A DNA stretch of 53,344 bases from Prevotella sp. GTDB lineage: Bacteria; Bacteroidota; Bacteroidia; Bacteroidales; Bacteroidaceae. A model generated the notes under the pieces. The model saw only the letters and a program-made list of their open reading frames with translations. It was not told the origin of the DNA and made no database searches. The DNA is taken from the NCBI GenBank assembly GCA_036768895.1, contig DAIPMC010000001.1, positions 50,432 through 103,775 of the forward strand, in the 5' to 3' direction. Position 1 is the first letter of the stretch; every line of letters starts with the position of its first letter. Shown one piece after another: positions 31,821 to 41,547 of the stretch. The position numbers were made by a program, and so were the translations under genes.

Positions 31821-33917
31821 CTAGTTATCCATATTTTTAGTTAATGTACTGGACGGAACTGATTTGACATAGTCGGGAAGATAGAATCCCAGATGTGGCG
31901 GTTGATTGTATCCTACATTCTGCCAGGCTACCCCCATACGGTAAACATGATCATGCATCAAAGTAGGAACACGATAGTTTGTCGGTATATTTGTAGAGAA
32001 CACATTGATTGAAGCAGGATTAGATGCATCCCTGAATATCACTTCTTCCCGCCAGTCTCCAAAGAGATCAGCCATCAGACATGGAGTAGATTTCGAACCG
32101 TTGCAAGCAGAAGAATTACCATACTCATAGAAAGTCATCAACCGTGAAGTACCATCTCCATTCCACTGATCAAGTTTTGTACCATCCAGGAGCTGATCCT
32201 GAAGACCACCATTCCAATACATCCTGAAATTAATGCTGGCCCTTTTTGTAGAAACGACCTGATTGGAACGATTCCGAATCTGCCCATCATTGGCAGACCA
32301 AAACTGGTACCCACGCTCAGAACTGATCAGATCAGCTGCCATCCCACGACCATTATCATCATTTCCAAGACCTCTATAGAGAATCTTTCCTGTTGCTGCA
32401 TCGTGAACATCCCATCCATAACCTGCTGGTTGAGTCTCATGAACTTCAAAAACTTCAAGTCCCTTTCGATCCGGGTCAATATCTGCCAGATGGATTGCAT
32501 CGCCATGGCAGAAACCTGTAGCATAAAGTAAAGAACCGTCATGGTTCACGGCTGAAGAACCATAGATAATCTCATCACAGCCATCTCCGTTCACATCTGC
32601 AACGGAAAGATTATGATTTCCTTCACTATAGACGGTATTGCTTGAATTAATTCCACTCGTATTATGTATGTAATTGGTGGTTGTCACCTTACCTTGTGCA
32701 TCCGTTACCTGTACCTGGGATCTAGAGACAGAGGCATGCAACCATTTGGTCTTCAAATGCCGGCCGTCAAAATCTACAGCCCAAAGATACGCATAGGTAT
32801 AATAACCACGGCACATGACCGCCGATGGTTTTTTATCGGGTCCGTCAAGATAAGCGACACATGCCAGATAGCGCTGACCCCGATTTGCATAGTCCGCATC
32901 AACCTTCCCTGAACGATCATCCCAATTTGCCCACCCCGGAGCCCCACCATAGGTACGAGCACGATTCGGATTATAAAAAATTGTGTTAATGGCTGCACCT
33001 GTTTCACCGTTAAAGACCGTAAGATACTCTTGCCCGCCTATCACTTTCCCATTGGAATTACGCCAGTCCGTTGTATTATCCACCTTCAGAATAGAAGGAT
33101 CATCAGCTGCTTCCGAGACATATTTCCCGGTCCCGTCTATCGTTCCGGGAGCTGTCTTGCAGATCACCTCCGCTTTCCCATCACCATCAAAATCATAGAC
33201 GAGAAACTGGGTATAGTGAGCACCGGCCCGGATATTCTTTCCCAAGTCGATTCTCCAAAGTTTTGTTGCTGTTCCCTGGTTATTATCCAGTTTGTAAGCA
33301 TCCAGATAGACATTCCCGGTATATCCGCTTTGGGAATTATCATGAGAATTGGACGGATCACATTTCACTATCAATTCATATTTGCCATCTCCATCAACAT
33401 CTCCTACAGAACAGTCATTAGGAGTGTAACTATAGTGCTCTCCTGTTGGTGTTACACCATCGGCAGGACGATCAAGTAAAAAGGACTGATAGATATTCCT
33501 CCAAGGTCGTACCTGATCACTTCGGTCTAGCTCCTTTCCATTCAACTTTGCAACGACTTGATATTGATTAGACGTCGTACCTTGAGGATCTACTAAATTA
33601 GTAAGAACTTGATCTTTTTTAAATAAAGTTCCATTGCGATAAATATCAAAAGTTACCTGCGCATCATCTGTACCCAATAATCGCCAACTTAGAAAAATCC
33701 CCTTTCCGTTCTGAGCCGGTAATGCTACCAGGCCACGATCTAATTTCTCCATTTCTGAGACAGGAGTCTTCCAGAACTTCGATGGACTGGTATTCGTTGG
33801 TGGAGTAACTGGTTTCGGATTGGGATTAGGAACATCACTACTGCTACTACAGGATAAGAATAAAAATTCTGCGATTGTTACTAACAATATTACATAGATT
33901 CTGTTTAGTTTGTTCAT
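31821..33917 (-). CDS. Rhamnogalacturonan lyase, PL11 (YesW/YesX-like), lipoprotein
   Basis: MEKLDRGLVA, SWRLLG, DVDGDGKYE, IRAGAHYTQF, CNGSKSTP, QNVGYNQPPH; lipobox FLSC and a Pro-rich linker. Confidence 0.92.
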   Translation of the reverse strand: MNKLNRIYVILLVTIAEFLFLSCSSSSDVPNPNPKPVTPPTNTSPSKFWKTPVSEMEKLDRGLVALPAQNGKGIFLSWRLLGTDDAQVTFDIYRNGTLFKKDQVLTNLVDPQGTTSNQYQVVAKLNGKELDRSDQVRPWRNIYQSFLLDRPADGVTPTGEHYSYTPNDCSVGDVDGDGKYELIVKCDPSNSHDNSQSGYTGNVYLDAYKLDNNQGTATKLWRIDLGKNIRAGAHYTQFLVYDFDGDGKAEVICKTAPGTIDGTGKYVSEAADDPSILKVDNTTDWRNSNGKVIGGQEYLTVFNGETGAAINTIFYNPNRARTYGGAPGWANWDDRSGKVDADYANRGQRYLACVAYLDGPDKKPSAVMCRGYYTYAYLWAVDFDGRHLKTKWLHASVSRSQVQVTDAQGKVTTTNYIHNTSGINSSNTVYSEGNHNLSVADVNGDGCDEIIYGSSAVNHDGSLLYATGFCHGDAIHLADIDPDRKGLEVFEVHETQPAGYGWDVHDAATGKILYRGLGNDDNGRGMAADLISSERGYQFWSANDGQIRNRSNQVVSTKRASINFRMYWNGGLQDQLLDGTKLDQWNGDGTSRLMTFYEYGNSSACNGSKSTPCLMADLFGDWREEVIFRDASNPASINVFSTNIPTNYRVPTLMHDHVYRMGVAWQNVGYNQPPHLGFYLPDYVKSVPSSTLTKNMDN

Positions 33918-33981
33918 TTGATTATTAATTTTTAAGACGTAGATTCCTTACTATAACTACTTTTATTGATAGATTTGAGCG

Positions 33982-34034
33982 CAAAGATAAAAACTTAACC
34001 CTTTCCGAAAAATATCATTTTGTCCGAAAAATAT
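33982..34034 (-). promoter_or_regulatory. PL11 promoter with upstream direct repeat
   Basis: -7 TATCTTTG at 33982-33989; TCCGAAAAATAT twice, at 34004 and 34023. Confidence 0.6.
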
Positions 34035-34185
34035 ACCTTTCATTCAATCTAGCTATTTAAGTCCTTACTGCTCGTACTGAAAAGGACATATAAGGTCATT
34101 ATAATTGCTTATTGACAAAGACCCGATTTATCATTCTATCCCAGGATTTTTTTGTAAGTTTGCAAACACTTAATTACAAGATATA

Positions 34186-36324
34186 ATGAACACATTCACC
34201 CAACAAATAGCTCAAGAACTGAGTTTGCCAGTCCAAGGCGTAGAGAATACATTACAACTCCTGAATACTGGATGTACCATACCTTTTATCAGTCGTTACA
34301 GGAAAGAGCGTACAGGCAATCTTGATGAAGTGGCTATCGGCCACATTCAGGAAAGATGTCAATGGCTTGAAGGTTTTCAAAAACGTAAGGAAAGCATCCT
34401 AAAATCTATCGACAGTCAGGGGAAACTGACTACACAACTGAAATCGCGCATTGGACAATGCGTAGAAATTGCAGAACTTGAAGACCTCTATCTGCCTTTT
34501 AAACCCAAACGCCGTACCAAGGCTCAGATTGCCCGCGAACAAGGTCTTGAGCCTCTGGCCTCTTTGATCCTCCTGCAACAGGAGTCGCATCCTAAAGAGA
34601 AAGCCCGTGCTTTTGTCAAGGGTATTATAACAGATACTGACACAGCGATAAAGGGTGCGCAGGATATTATCGCCGAAAAGATAAGTGAGGACGAACAAAC
34701 CAGAAAAGAAATCAGAAACATTTACAAACACGGAGCAATTATCACTTCTAAAGTTGTAACCAAGATAAAGAAGGAAGAGAAGGCACAGAAATATGCCGAT
34801 TATTTCGATTTCTCTGAACCCCTGAAACACTGTAGCAGTTTTCGGCTTTTAGCTATGCGGAGAGGGGAATCAGAAGGAATATTGAGAGTTTCTGTTTCCG
34901 CAGATGATGAAGAATGTGTACACCGTTTAAACCGTCGATTCATTCAAGGTCAGGGAGCATGCCAGAAACTTGTCCGAGAAGCTGTAGAAGATGGATTCAA
35001 ACGACTCATCAAACCTTCAATGGAAACAGAATTCAGTACTCTGAGCAAAGATCAGGCTTGTGAAGAAGCCATTGATGTTTTTGCAGAAAACCTTCGCCAG
35101 TTGCTCCTTGCTCCTCCACTGGGTCCCAAACGCGTACTGGGAGTTGACCCAGGATTCCGCACCGGTTGCAAGGTCGTATGCCTCGACGCACAGGGTAATC
35201 TTCTGCACCATGATGTGATCAAACCTCATCCCCCCGTTAACGACTGGTCTGGAGCCGCCAAACAGGTTGAAAGAATGGTCAGAGATTATCAAATTGAAGC
35301 TATTGCCATCGGAAACGGAACAGCCAGCAGGGAAACATCAGACTTTATCCATAAATTAAAATTCGACCATCCTGTACAGACATTCGTGGTCAGTGAGGAT
35401 GGGGCCTCTGTCTATTCTGCATCAGAAACAGCCAGGGAGGAGTTTCCTCATGAGGATGTTACCGTGCGTGGAGCTGTCAGCATCGGAAGGCGATTGATGG
35501 ATCCTTTGGCAGAACTCGTAAAAATTGATCCAAAGAGTATAGGAGTAGGACAATATCAGCATGATGTCGACCAGAGCCAACTGAAAAACAGACTTGACCA
35601 GACTGTCATTTCTTGTGTCAATGCGGTAGGTGTCAACCTGAATACAGCCAGTAAACACCTGCTCTCTTACGTCAGTGGACTAGGACCTGTCCTTTCCCAG
35701 AATATCGTGGATTACCGTAAGAAAAACGGTGCCTTCGCTTCTCGCTCCCAACTGCTCAAGGTTCCTCGTCTCGGTCCTGCTGCCTATAGGCAATGTGCCG
35801 CTTTTCTCCGCATACCTGATGCCAAAAATCCCCTTGATAATAGTGCTGTACATCCCGAAAGTTACCCTGTTGTCGGGAAAATGGCCGAAGATTGTAACTG
35901 TACAGTCAATGACTTGATTCACCAACCAGAAAAACGCAAAATGATCCAAATCAAAAATTATATTACAGATACGATTGGACTTCCTACACTCTCTGACATC
36001 ATGAAGGAACTGGAAAAACCCGGACTTGATCCGAGAAGTCAGATAGAAGTCTTCGAATTTGACCCGAATGTAAAAACTCCGGAAGATTTACAACCGGGAA
36101 TGGTTCTTCCTGGAATTGTTACAAATATTACACAGTTCGGAGCTTTTGTAGATATCGGCGTACATCAGGATGGACTGGTCCATATCTCACAACTTGCTGA
36201 CCATTTCGTGAAAAATCCAAATGAGGTGGTAAAACTCCATCAGCATGTGACTGTACGAGTCATAGATTTAGATACCATACGTCATAGAATATCACTCTCG
36301 ATGCGAGGAATAGTGAAAGGATAA
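34186..36324 (+). CDS. tex: Tex-family RNA-binding transcriptional accessory protein
   Basis: TIPFISRYRKE, DPGFRTGCK, GASVYSAS, GVGQYQHDV, C-terminal S1 domain; -7 TAAGTTTG at 34155-34162. Confidence 0.95.
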   Translation: MNTFTQQIAQELSLPVQGVENTLQLLNTGCTIPFISRYRKERTGNLDEVAIGHIQERCQWLEGFQKRKESILKSIDSQGKLTTQLKSRIGQCVEIAELEDLYLPFKPKRRTKAQIAREQGLEPLASLILLQQESHPKEKARAFVKGIITDTDTAIKGAQDIIAEKISEDEQTRKEIRNIYKHGAIITSKVVTKIKKEEKAQKYADYFDFSEPLKHCSSFRLLAMRRGESEGILRVSVSADDEECVHRLNRRFIQGQGACQKLVREAVEDGFKRLIKPSMETEFSTLSKDQACEEAIDVFAENLRQLLLAPPLGPKRVLGVDPGFRTGCKVVCLDAQGNLLHHDVIKPHPPVNDWSGAAKQVERMVRDYQIEAIAIGNGTASRETSDFIHKLKFDHPVQTFVVSEDGASVYSASETAREEFPHEDVTVRGAVSIGRRLMDPLAELVKIDPKSIGVGQYQHDVDQSQLKNRLDQTVISCVNAVGVNLNTASKHLLSYVSGLGPVLSQNIVDYRKKNGAFASRSQLLKVPRLGPAAYRQCAAFLRIPDAKNPLDNSAVHPESYPVVGKMAEDCNCTVNDLIHQPEKRKMIQIKNYITDTIGLPTLSDIMKELEKPGLDPRSQIEVFEFDPNVKTPEDLQPGMVLPGIVTNITQFGAFVDIGVHQDGLVHISQLADHFVKNPNEVVKLHQHVTVRVIDLDTIRHRISLSMRGIVKG

Positions 36325-36430
36325 TTTATAAATATTCATTATTACGGCTTTTTTGCAATTTTTATCCACAAAATGGCCCGATTTATGAAATTTTATGTAA
36401 CTTTGTGCCCTGAAACGAATATATCAGAGC

Positions 36431-37939
36431 ATGGCTTACAATAGAATAACAGCTGCCGAAGGTGCAGCAATGATTAAAGATGGCGACTATATCGCATTAA
36501 GTGGATTTACCCCGAATGGAGTTCCGAAAGCAGTCTTTCGTGAACTGTCCAAACGCGCTGTTAAAGATCATGCAGAAGGAAGGCCATTTCAGGTAGGTAT
36601 CCTGACCGGTGCTTCATCTTTACAGAGTGTTGAAGGGGACATGGCCAATGCACATGCTATTAAGTTCAGAGCACCCTTCTCTACAAACAAAGATTTCCGT
36701 ACCCATGTAAACCTTGGTGAGATTGATTACGAAGATACTCACCTAGGGAATATGGCGGAACGACTTCGTCATGGTTTTTATGGAACTGTCAACTGGGCCA
36801 TTATAGAAGTCAGTGATCTGGAAGAAGGAGAAAACGAATGCAAAGCCTATCTTTCTTCAGCTGGAGGAATATCGACTACGATTGCCCGATTAGCCAAGAA
36901 AGTGATTATAGAATATAATCACTTCCATAATCCGAATTCAAAATGTCTGCAGGATACTTATGAACCAGGAGAATGTGGATTCGAGCGTCAGCCGATTCCT
37001 ATTATACATGTCATAGACAAAGTTGGAAAGAATTATGTTTCCATTGATCCGAAGAAAATCGCTGGTGTTGTAGAATGCAACATTCCAGAGGAAGCCAGGG
37101 TATTTAAACCATTGACCCCTGAAACCAGACAGATGGGATATAATGTAGCAGAATTTCTGGTAAATGACATGAAGAAGGGACATATCCCTCCCCAGTTCCT
37201 GCCTCTGCAAAGTGGTGTAGGAGCTACAGGAAATGCAGTATTACAGGCCTTAGGGCAGAATTCGCATATCCCTCACTTTAAAGTTTATTCAGAAGTTGTA
37301 CAGGAATCTGCCATTGATCTTATCCAGAAGGGTATTATCACAGAAGCATCAGCTACTGCCATGACAGTCACCAATGAATGCTTGCAGAAGATCTATGACA
37401 ATATGGATTTCTTCAAGAAGCATCTGGTAATCCGTCAAAGTGAGATCGCCAATTCTCCGGAAATAATCCGCCGGCTGGGTGTAATTGCCATCAATACGGC
37501 CATCGAGTGTGACCTTTACGGAAACGAAAATTCCAGTCATATCTGTGGATCCAAATTGATGAACGGTATAGGAGGCTCATGCGATTATGAAAGAAATGGC
37601 TATATCAGTATTTTCACTACTGCCAGTACAGCTAAAGACGGACGCATCTCTTCTATTGTTCCTATGTGTACTCACATAGATTCTACAGAACACGATGTAG
37701 ATGTCATCATTACTGAGCAAGGAGTAGCAGACTTACGGGGTAAAGGGCCCTTACATCGTGCACATGAGATCATAGAACATTGTGTACATCCTGACTATAA
37801 ACCCATTCTCCGTGAATATCTGAAAATTTCTGACCATGGTCATGAGCCCCAGAGTTTGCGTGCTGCTTTTGCCATGCACGATACCTTGATCAAAAAGGGC
37901 GATATGAGACTGGTCGATTTTGGAGAATATTTGAAATAA
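36431..37939 (+). CDS. Succinate CoA-transferase / acetyl-CoA hydrolase family protein
   Basis: SGFT, LQSGVG, YSEV, DLYGN.NS, MNGIGGS, TEQGVADLRG. Confidence 0.9.
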   Translation: MAYNRITAAEGAAMIKDGDYIALSGFTPNGVPKAVFRELSKRAVKDHAEGRPFQVGILTGASSLQSVEGDMANAHAIKFRAPFSTNKDFRTHVNLGEIDYEDTHLGNMAERLRHGFYGTVNWAIIEVSDLEEGENECKAYLSSAGGISTTIARLAKKVIIEYNHFHNPNSKCLQDTYEPGECGFERQPIPIIHVIDKVGKNYVSIDPKKIAGVVECNIPEEARVFKPLTPETRQMGYNVAEFLVNDMKKGHIPPQFLPLQSGVGATGNAVLQALGQNSHIPHFKVYSEVVQESAIDLIQKGIITEASATAMTVTNECLQKIYDNMDFFKKHLVIRQSEIANSPEIIRRLGVIAINTAIECDLYGNENSSHICGSKLMNGIGGSCDYERNGYISIFTTASTAKDGRISSIVPMCTHIDSTEHDVDVIITEQGVADLRGKGPLHRAHEIIEHCVHPDYKPILREYLKISDHGHEPQSLRAAFAMHDTLIKKGDMRLVDFGEYLK

Positions 37940-37945
37940 CAGCAG

Positions 37946-37974
37946 AAAACTTAGCGCATCAGCGCCAAGTTTTT
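37946..37974 (+). terminator. Possible terminator overlapping the 3' end of the convergent methyltransferase gene
   Basis: AAAACTTAGCGC-ATCA-GCGCCAAGTTTT(T). Confidence 0.45.
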
Positions 37975-38493
37975 CGCAAATTCCCACACGACTATTCCTG
38001 CAGTTACTGATACATTCAGAGAATGCTTGGTTCCAAACTGCGGTATTTCCAGACATCCGTCAGAGGCATCAACGACATTCTGCTTGACACCCTTAACTTC
38101 ATTTCCGAAGATAACCGCATATTTCCTGTCTTTGGCTAGTTGCAGGTTCTGGAGCTTTGTAGATCCTTCTACTTGCTCAATACTATAAACGAAATAGTTT
38201 TTATCATGCAGCTCCTTCACTGCATCCTCCGTATTCTTAAAGTACTTCCAGTTGACACTATCCTCACCTCCCAATGCCGTTTTATGAATCTGTGGATCCG
38301 GAGGACAGGCTGTAATACCACATAGATAAATAGCTTCTACACGGAAAGCATCTGAAGAACGAAACACACTTCCTACATTATAAAGAGACCGTATATCATC
38401 AAGAACAACTATCAAGGGCAGCTTATCGGCTTCTTTAAACTCCCCCACTGATAACCGGTGCATTTCTATCGTTTTTAACTTTCGCATAATCAA
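37951..38493 (-). CDS. SpoU/TrmH family RNA methyltransferase
   Basis: NVGSVFRS.DAF, FGNEVKGV, IPQFGTKHSLNVSV. Confidence 0.92.
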   Translation of the reverse strand: MIMRKLKTIEMHRLSVGEFKEADKLPLIVVLDDIRSLYNVGSVFRSSDAFRVEAIYLCGITACPPDPQIHKTALGGEDSVNWKYFKNTEDAVKELHDKNYFVYSIEQVEGSTKLQNLQLAKDRKYAVIFGNEVKGVKQNVVDASDGCLEIPQFGTKHSLNVSVTAGIVVWEFAKNLALMR

Positions 38494-38518
38494 AGAGAAA
38501 AACTTTTATCATCCATCT

Positions 38519-38947
38519 TTAAGCCTCTTTTTCCTTAGCAGCATAAGCTAAAGCATACATCCGTATCTGCTTGATCATAGCCAGAAGTCCGTTACTACGC
38601 GTCGGAGAAAGATGTTCTTTCAACCCGAGTTTATCAATAAAATAGAGTTTGGCATCTATGATTTCCTTAGGGGTATGACCACTGAGAACACGAATCAGCA
38701 ACGCTATAATACCTTTTACAATGAGTGCATCACTATCAGCAGTAAAGACGAGTTGCCCGTTTTTATAGTCACATTGCAGCCACACCCGGCTTTGACATCC
38801 GTCTATCAGATTAGAGTCATTCTTATACTGGTCATTTAACGACTCCAAATCATTACCCATGTCAATAAGCATTTGATATTTGTCCATCCAGTCTGTAAAG
38901 TCAGCAAATTCATCTACAACCTCATCCTGGGCTTCATTAATCGTCAT
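38519..38947 (-). CDS. sufE: Fe-S metabolism protein SufE
   Basis: GCQSRVW, DSDALIVKG, LSPTRSNGL. Confidence 0.93.
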   Translation of the reverse strand: MTINEAQDEVVDEFADFTDWMDKYQMLIDMGNDLESLNDQYKNDSNLIDGCQSRVWLQCDYKNGQLVFTADSDALIVKGIIALLIRVLSGHTPKEIIDAKLYFIDKLGLKEHLSPTRSNGLLAMIKQIRMYALAYAAKEKEA

Positions 38948-40212
38948 GATTTTATCTCCTTTATTTCTTGTACTTTGACCAATTTAAATATTTTATCATG
39001 CGGACGTACCTTATCTTTGACGGGAATAGATATTTTCCAACCTTTTTCTGCTTTACGTACGGGTTTGAGATCATAACGGATCTCTTCACAGTCTACATAC
39101 ATCACACCGGTTGTAGGCCCGGTGATAAGTAACCGATCGCCCAACTCTATTTCAGAAGCTTCAACGGCTACTTCTGCAACCTTGAGTTTTGAAAAGAATT
39201 TTGTAATCTTGCCTACAAGCACTTTTTTCTCCGTAGCTACGGATCCATAATGCTTGTTCCATTCCCCTAACTTCTGACCCAGATAATATCCGTCCCAGAA
39301 TCCACGGTTGAAAACTGTTCCAAGCCGTTTATCCAGATCATCCTTCTTCTCTTCTGTAAAAGTACCATCAAGTACACTCTGGATCGCTTCTTTGTAACAT
39401 TTCACTACCGTATAGACATATTCAGGACCACGTGCACGTCCCTCAATCTTAAAGACTTTTACCCCCGCATCCATCATTTGATCAATGAAACGGATCGTCT
39501 TCAAGTCTTTCGGACTCATGACATACTTATTGTCAATATTCAGTTGGTTACCGGTCTGGTCATCTGTTACCGTATAAGAATGCCGGCAAATCTGTACACA
39601 TTCCCCACGGTTGGCACTACGGTTGGCAAGCCCCAGACTCATATAGCATTTCCCGCTCACAGCCATACACAAAGCCCCATGACAGAACATCTCGATACGG
39701 ACTAGCTTTCCATTTGGACCACAGATATTGCGCTTGATGATTTCATCATGAATGTGTTTTACCTGACTGAGTTTCAACTCCCGGGCTAATACGGCAACAT
39801 CAGCAAACTGACTGTAAAACAGTAATGCTTCAGTGTTTGAAATATTCAGTTGGGTTGACAGATGAACTTCCTCACCCACTTTATTGCAATAGTTCATTAC
39901 AGCCACATCACTGGCTATAACCGCACTGACGCCGGCTGTCTTCGCCGCATCAATGATTGACTTCATCGTCTCTACATCTTCATCATAGATAACTGTATTG
40001 ACAGTAAGATAAGTCTTCATCCCATGCATCCGGCAAGTAGCAGCAATATCTCTCAGATCACTGATATCAAAATGATTGGCTGAATGTGACCGCATATTCA
40101 ATTTACCAATGCCAAAGTATACAGAATCTGCTCCTGCCTGAATAGCTGCAGCCAGGCTTTCCCGTGATCCCACGGGTGCCATAATTTCAAAATCTTCTAC
40201 TTTTGCGTTCAT
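38944..40212 (-). CDS. U32 family protein (PrtC/TrhP-like)
   Basis: GADSVYFG, HLSTQ, HGALCMAVSGKC, NRGECVQICR, KIEGR. Confidence 0.9.
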   Translation of the reverse strand: MNAKVEDFEIMAPVGSRESLAAAIQAGADSVYFGIGKLNMRSHSANHFDISDLRDIAATCRMHGMKTYLTVNTVIYDEDVETMKSIIDAAKTAGVSAVIASDVAVMNYCNKVGEEVHLSTQLNISNTEALLFYSQFADVAVLARELKLSQVKHIHDEIIKRNICGPNGKLVRIEMFCHGALCMAVSGKCYMSLGLANRSANRGECVQICRHSYTVTDDQTGNQLNIDNKYVMSPKDLKTIRFIDQMMDAGVKVFKIEGRARGPEYVYTVVKCYKEAIQSVLDGTFTEEKKDDLDKRLGTVFNRGFWDGYYLGQKLGEWNKHYGSVATEKKVLVGKITKFFSKLKVAEVAVEASEIELGDRLLITGPTTGVMYVDCEEIRYDLKPVRKAEKGWKISIPVKDKVRPHDKIFKLVKVQEIKEIKS

Positions 40213-40458
40213 GCTTACAAAGATACGAAATATCCTTGGAACTCATTGCGAGAAGGTTAAAATTTAGAAACTAAAAGAAAAGGGGAAACTATTTTCTCGT
40301 CTCTCTATATATATAAAAGAAAGCTCTAATTTACGATTCTACTAACCTTTGGAAATAGCCAAAGTTACAGTTTTTTATTCTGCTAGAAAGATTTCTTTAT
40401 TTTTATGGTCAGACTTATATTGTATTATGTCTGAATTTTAGTATTTTTGCCAGTATAT

Positions 40459-41496
40459 ATGAAGAAAATCACTTTTATCATTATACTTGTCACAAGTCTT
40501 ATCCTGACAGACTGCCATAACCAGCGGTCAACATCTTCTGCTGAATACCTTCAGACAGAAATACTTCTCCCGACCACCCAAGCAAAAACGACTTGTGAAG
40601 GAAGCCCTTCCTGGGCATACGCTATGCTGGCAACTATCGAATCAGAACATCTTATTGAAGGAGATTCTGTCAATCTATCCATATCCTTTCCTTTGCGAAT
40701 GTTACTCACTGAAGAAGCCCAAAAATGCTATTTCAATGAGGGCAGGCTCGTTCCTTCCGTACAAGGTATGGCTCCGACTGTTATTCCCCTGATAGAAAAA
40801 TATGGAACCGTACCATACGATTCCTATCCAGATTCACCTAACCTTAACTATAACGTTATCTGCCGGTCTTTAGAAAAAAATGCCAAGGAATGTGCAGGAC
40901 GCCATACGGGTCTGGATTATTTTCACCAGTCTTCCGGTGAATGCCTTGATCGATATATGGGATTCCTTCCAGGAAAAGACGTATTTCTTCTTGGAGCCGA
41001 ATATACAAAAGGAGAATTTGCGCGAAGTGTCTGTGCACCGGGTGAGTATCTCTGCCTAACCAGTTTTACACATCATCCTTACGGTAAATACTTCGTCCTT
41101 GAAATCCCAAATAATATAATGAATGACAGATTCTATAATCTTCCGATTGATCATTTGCTCTCTTGCATAGAAAGGGCTCTCCGACATGGTCATCCCGTTT
41201 GTTGGGAAGGAGATATTACGAATACTGATTTTAATGAAAACAAGAACATTTTAGGACAAAACATACCAAAAGCAACATGTACGCCACAAAAGCGACAAAG
41301 GCTATTTGAACAACTTTTCCTGACGGACGATCAAGCTTTTGAACTTATCGGCATTGCACATGACTCAGCACACCACGAATACTTTATAGCCCGCAATCCT
41401 CAAAGCCCGTATCCTAATTCCAGGCCCATCTATCTGAGTAGGAACTATCTCTATCGCTATACGATGGCTGTGACCATGAGCAAGATGGCATACTAG
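40459..41496 (+). CDS. Papain (C1) family lipoprotein, apparently catalytically inactive
   Basis: WAYAMLATIESE, SFTHHPY, PVCWEGD, LIGIAHD; lipoprotein signal ending LTDC; -7 TATTTTTG at 40442-40449 supports ATG 40459. Confidence 0.8.
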   Translation: MKKITFIIILVTSLILTDCHNQRSTSSAEYLQTEILLPTTQAKTTCEGSPSWAYAMLATIESEHLIEGDSVNLSISFPLRMLLTEEAQKCYFNEGRLVPSVQGMAPTVIPLIEKYGTVPYDSYPDSPNLNYNVICRSLEKNAKECAGRHTGLDYFHQSSGECLDRYMGFLPGKDVFLLGAEYTKGEFARSVCAPGEYLCLTSFTHHPYGKYFVLEIPNNIMNDRFYNLPIDHLLSCIERALRHGHPVCWEGDITNTDFNENKNILGQNIPKATCTPQKRQRLFEQLFLTDDQAFELIGIAHDSAHHEYFIARNPQSPYPNSRPIYLSRNYLYRYTMAVTMSKMAY

Positions 41497-41497
41497 A

Positions 41498-41538
41498 AAA
41501 CCAAAAAGGCAGACCTTCACGATCCGCCTTTTTGGTTT
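41498..41538. terminator. Bidirectional terminator
   Basis: Stem AAACCAAAAAGGC/GCCTTTTTGGTTT. Confidence 0.8.
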
Positions 41539-41547
41539 CTGTATCAG

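Noticed and set aside
36362..36370. Perfect DnaA box TTATCCACA (another at 12435-12443 inside sdhA)
   Set aside because: Isolated single boxes with no cluster; not enough to call oriC.
36374..36388. Possible sigma-54 promoter TGGCCCGATTTATGA
   Set aside because: The -12 element deviates (no TTGC), and a good sigma-A -7 box lies at 36398-36405.
40299..40316. CT/TA microsatellite-like run
   Set aside because: Too short to indicate phase variation and not within an identifiable promoter spacer.
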